A DNA stretch of 64,000 nt from Macrostomum hystrix (lineage: Eukaryota > Animalia > Platyhelminthes). Positions within the stretch are counted from its first letter, which is position 1. Each line of letters starts with the position of its first letter. This document shows, one piece after another, positions 50,479 through 62,800 of this stretch. The translations under genes were made by a program, and so were the position numbers. Under the pieces are notes generated by a model. The model searched no databases. It was not told the origin of the DNA and worked only from the letters and a program-made list of their open reading frames with translations. The stretch is from contig CATNEN010000031.1 of NCBI GenBank assembly GCA_950097015.1, positions 1,054,001-1,118,000 of the forward strand. Reading direction: 5' to 3'.

Positions 50479-51777
50479 AACTGAAGCCCTAAGGAATTTA
50501 GTTTCCTGCTCAAGGGCCAAGATTCGAACTCCTGACTTCGCGGTCAACTAGATTGGCAACTATATTGGCAATTATATAAAAATTAGAATGAATTCATCCA
50601 ACATGTGAAATGAATTTAAAAGCCAAAGAAACTGACGACAAAAAACGCATTCCGTGTATTTTGTTTATGCTAAACAAAAAGACACATCAGATTTTACAGT
50701 TAGAAACTGTATTACTATTAGCATACTATGCCTGTCACTGTAGAGTGCAAGATAAAATAATGTAGATTTTAATTAAATTGAAAAGTAAAGATTGCAATAA
50801 ACTGTCATATGCACTACCATCGATATAATCTTATAATTATTACACCAAAAACATTAACTACTGGAATATTAACACAGTTGAAATATCAGCAAAGCAAAGC
50901 GAATATGAAGCGATATGCATTAGATACTATTAAACATTTGTTACGCTTTTTAGATCTATGCCATGCAACGTAGATGGATAATGTGACTCTTTCGCATACA
51001 ATAAGCATTTTCGCATTCAGCTGTGTTTTGCTCACCCGCATATATTTATAATTCTACATGAAAAACAAAACATTTTAAAACAGGGAAAGAGCGCAAGCTG
51101 CACTACTGACATAGTAGCGATGGTGAGAAAAAACTGCCGTAAAAAACACGAAAACAGCACTGTGTCACGAACGATATGTAACAGAAGGTCAATGTGTAAA
51201 AAGTAACGAGTTAACCATGCATTATTAAATTAAATTCATTACAAAAAACCGTTTAAACAGCAAATAAAAATTTAGAATTGCTTTTTAAGTTTCCCCGTAT
51301 AGCATTAACAGACAATTAGTCTTTTGAGTGTGGAAAGTGTTTCAAAAGCAAATGCTTTAACAGAGAATTTTTTCTAATATAATCGCAATAATTGAAAAAG
51401 ACATCAGGAGACAAGACAAATAGCATGCCACTACTTGTTCGGAAAGTGAAAAGCAGAATACGATGACATTTTCCATTGTTGATAAAACATTTATTTGCTC
51501 TTGAGTAAATAACACAGACTTAACAAAGACTAAACCGAATAAGTCAATAATTTTATAGCTGCAAATAAGCACAAAATAATAATAAACTAGAGTATGATTA
51601 TCGTTTCTTAAATAATATTCAATAACCAATTTTAAAGTGTGCCATACTAGTAGTATCTAGTATTAAACAAATTTACTAGAAGTAAACTTGACCTTCTTTG
51701 TTACGAGTCTAACAGGCTGGCAAGTTTTTACAATCAAGTACAGACGTTACTCGATGAGGTTAAAAATGACTAACGCG

Positions 51778-52762
51778 CACCAGTAACAGGATCTTACTGG
51801 TGTCTAACAGGATCCTACTGGTGTCTAACAGGATCCTACTGGTGTCTAACAGGATCCTACTGGTGTCTAACAGGAACCTACTGGTGTCTAAGAGGATCCT
51901 ACTGGTGTCTAACAGGATCCTACTGGTGTCTAACAGGAACCTACTAGTGTCTAACAGGAACCTACTGGTGTCTAAGAGGATCCTACTGGTGTCTAACAGG
52001 ATCCTACTGGTGTCTAACAGGAACCTACTGGTGTCTAAGAGGATCCTACTGGTGTCTAACAGGATCCTACTGGTGTCTAACAGGATCCTACTGGTGTCTA
52101 ACAGGAACCTACTGGTGTCTAAGAGGATCCTACTGGTGTCTAACAGGATCCTACTGGTGTCTAACAGGAACCTACTAGTGTCTAACAGCAACCTACTGGT
52201 GTCTAAGAGGATCCTATTGGTGTCTAACAGCAACCTACTGGTGTCTAAGAGGATCCTATTGGTGTCTAACAGCAACCTACTGGTGTCTAACAGGATCCTA
52301 CTGGTGTCTAACAGCAACCTACTGGTGTCTAAGAGGATCCTATTGGTGTCTAACAGCAACCTACTGGTGACTAATAGGATGTAACTGGTGTCTAACAGGA
52401 ACGTACTGGTGTCTAACAGGAACCTATTGGTGTCTAAGAGGATACTTCTAGTGTCTAACAGGAACGTACAGGTGTCTAACAGGATCTTACTGGTGTCTAA
52501 CAGCAACCTACTGGTGTCTAAGAGGATCCTATTGGTGTCTAACAGCAACCTACTGGTGACTAATAGGATGTAACTGGTGTCTAACAGGAACGTACTGGTG
52601 TCTAACAGGAACCTATTGGTGTCTAAGAGGATACTTCTAGTGTCTAACAGGAACGTACAGGTGTCTAACAGAAACCTACTGGTGTCTAACAGGATCCTAC
52701 TGGTGTCTAACAGGATCCTACTGGTGTCTAACAGGATCCTACTGTTGTCTAACAGGATCCAA
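51778..52762. repeat. 21-bp intergenic minisatellite (CTACTGGTGTCTAACAGGATC)
   Basis: Source of the 7-aa repeat ORFs LLDTSRI and LLVSNRI. Confidence 0.95.
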
Positions 52763-53006
52763 CAGATTTCTAAGCAATGAAGAAGCAGAAAGTGTTGAGC
52801 TGTGGCAAGCGAACAGCAAATAGCGTACTTGCCTATACAAGCGCACTCCTAGTCAGTAGATAGAGCTTAGGGTGATTTGTCGCGCAGCAAAGCATTACTT
52901 AGCCTAGTGCGGCCTGAAATACTTGTTTTAAGCGTCGCATTACAACACAGAATTGAATTAAATACACTAAACCACAAAAGTACACAAATAAGAGAAAAAC
53001 ACGTTA

Positions 53007-53352
53007 ACAGTAGAATAACCACGTGGCTACTTCAAATATCCACATCTCCCAAAATATTCAACCAATCCAGGCTAACACAGACTAAAATTTTCCGCTCTAT
53101 ACGATGGAACAACTGCCAGAATCGAAAATCATCGACACCGTCGAGATATTCAACGATTCTCGTCGCGGTGTCTGGTGGCAAACATCACCAATATAGGCAT
53201 AATTTTTCAGGTAAAAAAATCATGTACCCAAGTCAAGTCTAGATGATTCTGACTCGGAAGGCTTTGAAATTTAGTCTATCGAGAAGGGCGGAAAACTTAA
53301 GATTCAGTGAAGTAGGCAGCGGGAATTTGAAATTGCCCCGTGGTCTTCCTGC
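53007..53352. mobile_element. MITE-like copy with decayed right end
   Basis: Left end TTAACAGTAGAATAACCACG...TTCAAATATCCAC; inner TTTTCCGCTCTATACGATG...ATCGAGAAGGGCGGAAAA; right GTGAAGTAGGCAGCGGGAATTTGAA. Confidence 0.65.
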
Positions 53353-53373
53353 AATTAATTAAGCGGCCCCAGC

Positions 53374-54756
53374 TCAAAGGTCGTCATCTGCCTCCATCTT
53401 GACGTCCTCGTCGACATCGCCGTCATCACCGACGCCGACTCCGGCGCCACCCCCAACGCCGGCAGAGCGGTTTCGATGAATCTTGGCGTGCTTAGCTAGG
53501 CCGGAGCAGTCAAAGAATGCTTTGCCGCAGTCGCCGCACTCGAACGGCCGCTCGCCGGTGTGCAGCCGCATGTGCATGCGCAGGTAGTCCTTGCGCACGA
53601 ATCGCTTGGCGCACACGAGACAAACGTGCGGCTTCTTGCCCGTGTGATTGCGCATGTGCCTGGCCAGGGCGGAGTTGTAGGAGAATCTCTGGCCGCATCG
53701 GTTGCAGGCGAACGGTTTGACACTGACACTGCTGGCGCCGCCTGCATTGTCGGCATTGACGGCGCCGACGCTGCTCAAGTTTGGCGTCGCCTGCGCGGCT
53801 CGCCTCTGCTGCTGCCGCTGAAGTGGATCCAACTGTGGACGCAGCGGACGATGCTGCGTCAGCGGCGGTGGCGGTGGCGGAGAACGCATCAAAGGAGGAT
53901 CCAGAGGTTGGACTAGCAGACGCAGCGAGGGCGGCGGCGAGGGAGTGGGAAAATTGATGGGCTGATGGGCGACCGCCACGTGCCTGGATAAGGAGGCCTC
54001 GTCACGGAACCGCTTGCCGCAGTTTGGGCAGGGAAGGAATACGGCCGCTGCGGCAAGCTGCTGCTGATGATGATGCTGCTGCTGATGCTGATGACGATGG
54101 CCACCAGAGGAGGACCCCATGTGCACTTTTAGATGAGCCTTGAGGTGTTCCCTACGGGGAAAGCGCCTGTCGCACTGGCTGCAGGCGTAGGGCAGCTCGC
54201 CAGTGTGGCTACGCCTGTGGCGAACCAGGCTGGACCTGGCCGTGAAAGTCTTGCCGCACTCGTTGCAGGTCAGCATTTGTTGGCGTCGGCGCGCTGGTGG
54301 CGGCGCCCGGACAGGCGGTAGAGGCAGCTTGTTGGGCAGATGAAGCGGCGGAGGCGGCGTTGGAGGCGGCGGAGCAGGCGGCGTTGGAGGCGGTGGCGGT
54401 GGCGAAATTGGCGGCGGCGATGCTGGCGGAGGCGACGAAGAGGCTTTGATCTCTGGCTCAGCCGGCCAGAGCATCGACTTTGGCAGGCGGCTGTCGTCGC
54501 CGCCGACTGCCAACAGTTGAACTTCCAGTTCGTCGGCTGAGGCGGCGCAAAATTCTAGGAACCCCAGCCGAAGGCAGGGGTCATCTTCGTAGTCGCAGTC
54601 GCGAGCGAGGTCCAAGAGACGGGCGCGCCAGCTAATGGTGGCACTTCGATTGTTTTCAGAATCGGTTTTATCTGCCGAGCCGTTACTGTCGCTGTTGATG
54701 TTATTGTTGCCATGGTGACCGTTGACGGCCGGCAGCGACGGCGAGGATGATTCGGT
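53374..54756 (-). CDS. C2H2 zinc-finger protein (six fingers in a 2+1+3 arrangement, Pro-rich linkers); 5' exon not resolved
   Basis: Canonical fingers with TGELPY, TGKKPH and TGERPF linkers; acceptor AATTTGCAG|ACC at 54756; the ORF-track N-terminus is a 16-bp repeat. Confidence 0.85.
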   Translation of the reverse strand, partial: TESSSPSLPAVNGHHGNNNINSDSNGSADKTDSENNRSATISWRARLLDLARDCDYEDDPCLRLGFLEFCAASADELEVQLLAVGGDDSRLPKSMLWPAEPEIKASSSPPPASPPPISPPPPPPTPPAPPPPTPPPPLHLPNKLPLPPVRAPPPARRRQQMLTCNECGKTFTARSSLVRHRRSHTGELPYACSQCDRRFPRREHLKAHLKVHMGSSSGGHRHQHQQQHHHQQQLAAAAVFLPCPNCGKRFRDEASLSRHVAVAHQPINFPTPSPPPSLRLLVQPLDPPLMRSPPPPPPLTQHRPLRPQLDPLQRQQQRRAAQATPNLSSVGAVNADNAGGASSVSVKPFACNRCGQRFSYNSALARHMRNHTGKKPHVCLVCAKRFVRKDYLRMHMRLHTGERPFECGDCGKAFFDCSGLAKHAKIHRNRSAGVGGGAGVGVGDDGDVDEDVKMEADDDL

Positions 54757-54777
54757 CTGCAAATTTAGGACAGGAAA

Positions 54778-54988
54778 CCAGGTAGACAAGGAGACAGATA
54801 GACAAGGAGACAGGTAGACAAGGAGACAGGTAGACAAGGAGACAGGTAGACAAGGAGACAGGTAGACAAGGAGACAGGTAGACAAGGAGACAGGTAGACA
54901 AGGAGACAGGTAGACAAGGAGACAGGTAGACAAGGAGACAGGTAGACAAGGAGACAGGTAGACAAGGAGACAGGCAGACAAGGAGATA
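54778..54988. repeat. 16-bp minisatellite (GTAGACAAGGAGACAG)
   Basis: About 13 units just upstream of the ZF acceptor. Confidence 0.93.
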
Positions 54989-55294
54989 AGAAGTGAGAAT
55001 GCCTTATTTTGAAAGTGCATAAAAATAAATAAATAAAATGAATTCTACAACATTCAGGTTCAATCACTTTATGATCCTTCAGAATTCATTGTTGAATTTT
55101 ACTATCATATTTGTTTCAAGTATTCTCTAAATATAATAAAAGTAAAAAAACTTCATATCAACAAACGGCTTAAATGCATAGCAAATGCAGTTTAGGCCTA
55201 CCATAAAAGACAATGTGTTTCTTCATTGCGTTTTGCAATCAAGCAAGAACAGACAAAAAAGAATAAACTCTCTTTATGAACATTATTAGAATCA

Positions 55295-55475
55295 AAGTGT
55301 CGCCTAAAGCCTCGCCTAAAGTATCGCCTATAGCCTCGCCTAAAGTGTCGCCTATAGCCTCGCCTAAAGTGTCGCCTAAAGCCTCGCCTAAAGTGTCGCC
55401 TAAAGCCTCGCCTAAAGTGTCGCCTAAAGCCTCGCCTAAAGTGTCGCCTAAAGTGTCGCCTAAAGTGTCGCTCAA
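55295..55475. repeat. 12/24-bp repeat (TCGCCTAAAGCC/TCGCCTAAAGTG) right after the TRMT2B stop codon
   Basis: Tandem units in the probable 3' UTR. Confidence 0.88.
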
Positions 55476-55478
55476 GGT

Positions 55479-57203
55479 CTATCGAACAAAGTCCAGCACC
55501 AATTCGATGTGTCGACAGTTTGGAAACAGGTCAATCGGCTGACAGCCGGCTAGTCGAAACGGCCTGCCCAGACCCTCCGGCATCATCAGGCGCAGAAAGT
55601 TGTCAGTTGGCTGACCCTCCGGCCGGCAGGAGATGTACACAACCCGGTCCACAGCGGCGCAGGCTCGAATCGCGGACACGGAATTATCATCAAGACCGTC
55701 GCGAGCTGGATTGAGCACGCAACAGACGGTCGGACTAGTGTCGACGGAGAAATGCAGACGCTTGGAAAAGAAATGCTCGGCCGACTCGCAGTGATATTCG
55801 TAGGCATCATTTGGCAGCTCGTTGAGCAGGGCATTGTCCAAGGCGTCTCGCACAGCCGACGGATTAGCGTCAAAGCCGATGACTCGATCGAATTGGCGAC
55901 TGTCGAACAGCACCTGGCCGATGACGCCGGTGCCGCAGAAGGCGTCCAATAGGAGGCGCGTCGGACGGTCGCATCGGCTGGCACTGGCCTGATCATTGGC
56001 CAGCAGCTGGCGCAGATAGCTGTACAAAGTCTCAGCCGCGGCTGTGTTATTCTGGAAGAACGAATGCGGTCGCACTTTGAAGCGTCGATCTAGCAGGCGC
56101 TGCAGCAGAGAGTCGCGGCCAAACAGGTGACGCGGCTCGGCCAGCTGGAAGCAGTCGCTGCTGGCCTGGCAGAAGCCGGACACCAGGTTGAGACCGGACC
56201 GCAGCACCAGGGGGAAGAATTTCTCAGTCTGTGTCAATTGAGCAATATGCATTGTAAATGGCGTGAATCATTTGGGAAGACGCAAGTGGGCTTATGTAAG
56301 GTTGCTAAGGACCAGGGGTCAGAGGACTGACCAACATTATGATAGACTAACACACTAACAGAACACACACACACACTAACAGAACACACACACTAACAGA
56401 ACACACACACACACTAACAGAACACACACACTAACAGAACACACACACACACTAACAGAACACACACACACACTAACAGAACACACACACACACTAACAG
56501 AACACACACACACACACACACACCAACAGTCGCAAGCACTCACCAGCTCCGCTTGGATTCGCTCCTCGACACCGGCCGGCAATTGGGCGTGATAGCAGAC
56601 CTCCAGCATGAGCTCCGCCTTCTCGTTGGTACGGGCCACCATTCCGGCCCAGGCTCCGTTGGGATTTCTATACCGATCGTAGGGATCGAATTCGCTCTCG
56701 CCGCTGCGTACAAAATGTGTGAACAATTCGAACGATCGCGCATGTATCGGACAGGTGCTAGACAGGTGATCAATGGCGAAACCCACGCGTCGGTGAGGAA
56801 AGCCGGGCTCAAACATTCGCACCTGCATACTGTGGCCAACAATCGGCCAGCCGTCTGGCCCATACAGAGCGGAGGTGCCGTTACGATTGCGTTTGAACCA
56901 GTCGCTGCCAGCTGGGTGAAGCACGGCGGGCACATGGCACAGCGACTGGCGCCGACTGTCGGAACTGCCGCTTCGGCCGGGGCTGGCGTCGCTCAGGCAG
57001 TTGGCCAGTCGGCTGATGATGCTATCGGCCCGTCGATGCTTCAGCTCCAACTGGGCCGGGTAGGGCACCCAAAGCAGAGGCTGGACGTGCCGGCGGATGC
57101 GATCCAGAGGGCGGGATATTCGCGACAGGGGCAGCGAGGCGCGGAATGGTCGACGCCGTATAGCGGATGCGGCGCCGACTGCGACGGCGGCGGCGGTTGC
57201 GCA
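55479..57203 (-). CDS. TRMT2B: tRNA/rRNA m5U methyltransferase of the TRMT2B type; exons 57203-56544 and 56228-55479; start codon unresolved
   Basis: PYPAQLELK, FKVRPHSFFQNN, LDAFCGTGVIG (SAM motif I), VLNPARDGL (NPAR as recalled for TRMT2B, not the DPPR of TRMT2A/TrmA), YISC (catalytic Cys), PIDLFP..RHIELV; Arg-rich, acid-free N-terminus resembling a mitochondrial presequence; phase-0 GT-AG intron. Confidence 0.82.
56345..56522. repeat. CTAACAGAA(CA)n compound microsatellite in the TRMT2B intron
   Basis: Direct inspection. Confidence 0.9.
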
Positions 57204-57299
57204 CTAGAAAAGTTTAAATGCAGGGAACTGTCGACTAGGCATAGAAACTAAAAATAGGAAACCAGGATTAACAAAAAACTAAAAAAACTACCTAAAAAA

Positions 57300-57805
57300 C
57301 TAGGTTGACTGATGGACAGGTGAAGCAACCTAATTAGACTGATGGACAGGTGAAGCAACCTAATTAGACTAGATTGACAGGTGTACAAACTTATTAGGTC
57401 AGATTGACAGGTGTACAAACTTATTAGGCTAGATTGACAGGTGTACAAACTTATTAGGCTAGATTGACAGGTGTACAAACTTATTAGGTCAGATTGACAG
57501 GTGTACAAACTTATTAGGTCAGATTGACAGGTGTATAAACTTATTAGGCTAGATTGACAGGTGTATAAACTTATTAGGCTAGATTGACAGGTGTACAAAC
57601 TTATTAGGCTAGATTGACAGGTGTACAAACTTATTAGGCTAGATTGACAGGTGTACAAACTTATTAGGTCAGATTGACAGGTGTATAAACTTATTAGGTC
57701 AGATTGACAGGTGTATAAACTTATTAGGTCAGATTGACAGGTGTATAAACTTATTAGGCTAGATTGACAGGTGTACAAACTTATTAGGCTAGATTGACAG
57801 GTGTA
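57300..57805. repeat. 30-bp minisatellite (AGATTGACAGGTGTACAAACTTATTAGGCT)
   Basis: Source of the YTCQSSLISL repeat ORF. Confidence 0.95.
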
Positions 57806-58400
57806 ACGACCCAATAGACTAGATGCTTAGGTCTCAGAAAATGAATAGTCAATAATCTATGCAATAATAATATTGTTGGTTAACTAATGTTGTAAAAATA
57901 TATTTCTTTGGTTACGTTTACTGCAAATTACAAACAGTTCTGATTAGTTAAAAAAGTATTTACTTAAATTTTGAGATTTTACAATAAACTTGGACAAAAA
58001 CGGAATCAGTGTAGTAATAAATATACTGTCGCACATGAAAGACTCAAAAAGGCAAATTCGATCTACTATGAATGAGTAGGCAATCAGTGCATAATCAACG
58101 CGTCAAAACATTTTTATAGATTCACATCCTTGCAAGTCTACTAAGCTAGTCAGTAATATACGAGTATATTCTATTAATATTAAATCCCAGCAAAAAAAGA
58201 CAAAAAACAAGCAAAAAGCAAAATCAACATAATACACAACATATTTTAGAAGCTGAAAAAAAAATCCGGAAGTGTTTTTGACAGTCGAAAAACTCAGATT
58301 ATGATCCGCGCATAAAAAGCTAATTTACTAATCTATAGGTACTCCTTGCACTGATTGTGAATTGAATTCGCGATTTGAGCAGCTTAACTCAAACAAATAA

Positions 58401-58616
58401 ACAGTAGAAAGGGGCTTTATCAATTATCTCCTAGAAAAGTTCAGTCAATCGCCATTTAAGCCCAGATCGAAAAGGGCGGAAAATGTTTATTCACGTGGTG
58501 GACTTTCACGAAATTCGGTCATTGGGTTTGGGATCGTGGAGTATTGTGAAGTAGGCAGTGGGTATTTGAAAAACTCTTTTTATCCTCAGGGGAAAATAGC
58601 GTGCTCTTTCTACTGT
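58401..58616. mobile_element. MITE-like copy (ACAGTAGAAA...TTTCTACTGT)
   Basis: Same termini; internal GGGCGGAAAA...GTGGACTTTCACGAA...CGGTCATT...GTGAAGTAGGCA matches 48010-48150. Confidence 0.75.
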
Positions 58617-58741
58617 AGATTGTCGGAATTAAAAAAATGTTCATTTCCTGATTAAAATCATTGCAAATGATGGACGATATGCAGTTTAATTTTCATATAA
58701 ATAAATCTTGGAGGGGTATAGTAGCCACCTTACCCAGTAAA

Positions 58742-59728
58742 TCTAGATTGGGTGCAATGACCAATCCAAAGAGACCCTAGATGAGGTGCAATGACCAATC
58801 CAAAGAGACCCTAGATTGGGTGCAATGACCAATCCAAAGAGACCTTAGATGAGGTGTAATGACCAATCCAAAGAGACCCTAGATGAGGTGCAATGACCAA
58901 TCCAAAGAGACCCTAGATTGGGTGCAATGACCAATCCAAAGAGACCTTAGATGAGGTGCAATGACCAATCCAAAGAGACCCTAGATTGGGTGCAATGACC
59001 AATCCAAAGAGACCTTAGATGAGGTGTAATGACCAATCCAAAGAGATCCTAGATGAGGTGTAATGACCAATCCAAAGAGTCATTAGATTGGGTGTAATGA
59101 CTAATCCAAAGAGACCCTAGATTGGGTGCAATGACCAATCTGAAGAGACCCTAGATTGGGTGCAATGACCAATCCAAAGAGACATTAGATTGGGTGTAAT
59201 GACTAATCCAAAGAGACCCTAGATTGGGTGTAATGACCAATCCGAAGATACCCTAGATTGGGTGTAATGACTAATCCAAAGAGACCCTAGATTGGGTGTA
59301 ATGACCAATCCAAAGAGACCCTAGATTGGGTGTAATGACTAATCCAAAGAGACCCTAGATTGGGTGTAATGACCAATCCAAAGAGACCCTAGATTGGGTG
59401 TAATGACCAATCCGAAGATACCCTAGATTGGGTGTAATGACTAATCCAAAGAGACCCTAGATTGGGTGTAATGACCAATCCAAAGAGACCCTAGATTGGG
59501 TGTAATGACTAATCCAAAGAGACCCTAGATTGGGTGTAATGACCAATCCAAAGAGACCCTAGATTGGGTGTAATGACCAATCCGAAGATACCCTAGATTG
59601 GGTGTAATGACCAATCCGAAGATACCCTAGATTGGGTGTAATGACCAATCCGAAGATACCCTAGATTGGGTGTAATGACCAATCCGAAGATACCCTAGAT
59701 TGGGTGTAATGACCAATCCGAAGATACC
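58742..59728. repeat. 34-bp minisatellite (CCTAGATTGGGTGTAATGACCAATCCAAAGAGAC) with an internal GATTGG/CCAATC stem
   Basis: Period 34 (58743, 58777...). Confidence 0.95.
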
Positions 59729-59805
59729 TTATTTTTAATCAATGCATTAGACTTCAAGCGAGACTCAGCAATATACGATTTTGAGCAGCAGTGCCCACAC
59801 CGGAA

Positions 59806-62800
59806 TCAAGCAATCAGATCAACAGCCGCAGCGCCGCCTCGGTCAGCAGCATGCTCTCCAACGGCATCAGTGGGGGCTAGGCAGCGTACATTGCGCACAG
59901 CCTGCATCAGCTGTGGAAATTCTGGCTCAGTGAGGTGCTCACGAAACACCTGGGCAAAATCATCCAGCTGGAATAGCGTAGCAGTGACGGGTGCCGCCCG
60001 GGTGGTCAGCCTGAGAAAGTAGATGTCCAGGATGAGAGCAGTGAAGGTGTTCATGATGATGATAGCGCTAACCAGCCACCAGACAGCAAAATAGAGCTTT
60101 GAAGCCTGACCAGCTGCACCCGCAAAGGTGTTGGCAATCACGTGCCAATTGTTGACAATCATCAGATTCCACAGGACAACAATAGCCGATGCGAAATCGT
60201 TAAAGTGCAATGAAGCATAATTAAGCCTGGCGTAGGAGTCGCAGGCAGTCTGGTTGGTCAGCGCATCGGCCGTGATTCGATTGTTGAATAATTGGATACC
60301 AATCACTGCGAACACATAGTAGGCTACGGCAAGTACGCCTAGAAAGAATCTCAGATTAGCCAGAATGTCGCGCATTGAGTCCCAGACAATCTTGATAGAT
60401 TTAAGCCTAGGCACAATGCGCAATACTCGCAGTACAATCAGAATATTTGTTAGACGCATTAGCAGGTGTAGAGCCAAGGCCTGCTGGGCAGTTTTAGTTA
60501 GCCGGGACCAGCGCAAACCCAGGTAGGCAGCAGACAGGCCCAGCAGCAGTAAAGTGCAGCCGCCGTAGAAGGTGTGTTCCCGTTGCTGGGAGAAACAGCG
60601 CCAGCCTAGAGCCCACAGTAGCAACAGGTGTTCGACAGTATAGAAGCCGACAAATGCATAGTTGACTATCATAGCCTGGTGTTCGGCCTTGTACCGATCA
60701 AATTTAGTTGCTACGGGATCTGAGGCCAGGTGCACTGACACCTGAATTTGATGAATCAATAACATTGTCATCAGTGCAATATTGTTAGCAATAAAATATA
60801 TAAAAATACTTACCGCAATCAAAGCGGTATTGGCGGCGCAAACGGCAATGGAAAACCAGGAGAAATATTTGTGAATTACAAACCGCTGCAGCTGCCGCGC
60901 TGGCGGCCAGGCACGCTCTCTGACCTGATGCACCTGCGGAGCCAAATTTGGGCAGCGGGGAGCGATTAATATGGCCTAGGGATAAATCACTGCACCGCGA
61001 GAGTGAGACCAGGGCTTAGGGAAGCACGGGGAGTGAGATGCAGGCTAGATGCAATGAAGGGAGAGACTGAGATGTAGGCTAGATGAAATGAAGGGAGAGA
61101 CTGAGATGTAGGCTAGATGAAATGAAGAGAGAGACTGAGATGCAGGCTAGATGAAATGAAGAGAGAGACTGAGATGCAGGGTGGGTGAAATGAAGAGAGA
61201 GACTGAGATGCAGGGTGGGTGAAATGAAGAGAGAGACTGAGATGCAGGCTAGATGAAATGAAGAGAGAGACTGAGATGTAGGCTAGATGCAATGAAGAGA
61301 GAGACTGAGATGTAGGCTAGATGCAATGAAGAGAGAGACTGAGATGTAGGCTAGATGAAATGAAGAGAGAGACTGAGATGCAGGGTGGGTGAAATGAAGA
61401 GAGAGACTGAGATGTAGGCTAGATGCAATGAAGGGAGAGACTGAGATGTAGGATAGATGAAATGAAGAGAGAGACTGAGATGCAGGATAGATGAAATGAA
61501 GAGAGAGACTGAGATGTAGGCTAGATGAAATGAAGAGAGAGACTGAGATGTAGGCTAGATGAAATGAAGAGAGACTGAGATGTAGGGTAGATGAAATGAA
61601 GAGAGACTGAGATGTAGGCTAGATGAAATGAAGAGAGACTGAGATGTAGGCTAGATGAAATGAAGAGAGACTGAGATGTAGGCTAGATGAAATGAAGAGA
61701 GACTGAGATGTAGGGTAGATGAAATGAAGAGAGACTGAGATTTAGGCTAGATGAAATGAAGAGAGAGACTGAGATGTAGGCTAGATGAAATGAAGAGAGA
61801 CTGAGATGAAGGGTAGATGAAATTAAGAAAGAGACTGAGATGTAGGGTAGATAATATGAAGAGAGAGACTGAGATGCAGGGTAGATGAAATGAAGAGAGA
61901 CTGAGATGTAGGCTAGATGAAATGAAGGGAGAGACTGAGATGTAGGCTAGATGAAATGAAGAGAGAGACTGAGATGTAGGCTAGATGAAATGCCGGGAGA
62001 GGCTGAGATGCAGGTAAAGCTTAGTGGGAAATCACTACACACCGATTTAGGTCGGGGCAGATCCAGAACGGCGAATCCGCGCTTAAAATCGTTAAAGCTC
62101 AGCAGCGCACTGTGGCCGGCGAAGTTCTGTAAAAAGGAAATATTGCAAAATGCATACGAGCATATAAGTACGTATATATCGAACTCGTTTAAGCGAAGCA
62201 AATAATCAATAATCAATAATATCCGTTCTGGAGACCCACTCGAAAGAGGCCACGGGAGATAACAGCGGACTATTATTAAAGAGGCCTTGGGAGATAACAG
62301 CGGACCGTTATTAAAGAGGCTATGGGAGATAACAGCGGACCATCTTCAAAGAGGCCATGGGAGATAACAGCGGACTATTATTAAAGAGGCCTTGGGAGAT
62401 AACAGCGGACCGTTATTAAAGAGGCTATGGGAGATAACAGCGGACCATCTTCAAAGAGGCCATGGGAGATAACAGCGGACCATCATTAAAGAGGCCTTGG
62501 AAGATAACACAGACTAGGCCGTACAGCCGCTATTGTCCGCTGGCTAGCACAAAGAAGCATCAAAATGGCACCTCTCTGAGAATGGCGAGTCGCCACTCGG
62601 GCAGTCGAAGACGGTCAAGCAGGGCCACGACGCAGACCAGTGGGACAGTGGCAAAATCTGGACGCTCGCATAGCAACCGTTGTTTACGCCTCAGTAGCTG
62701 CTTCAGTCTTTTAGACTTGTCGAAACTGCAACAGCAGTGCAACGCCTGAAATGCGGCCAGCACGCCAAGGCGACGCCGAAAAAGGCGCGTCTGCATCGAG

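Noticed and set aside
51760-52780. LLDTSRI / LLVSNRI repeat proteins on both strands
   Set aside because: Translation of a 21-bp minisatellite.
54757-55067. N-terminal ~100 aa of the 548-aa zinc-finger ORF
   Set aside because: It is the 16-bp repeat upstream of a clear acceptor at 54756.
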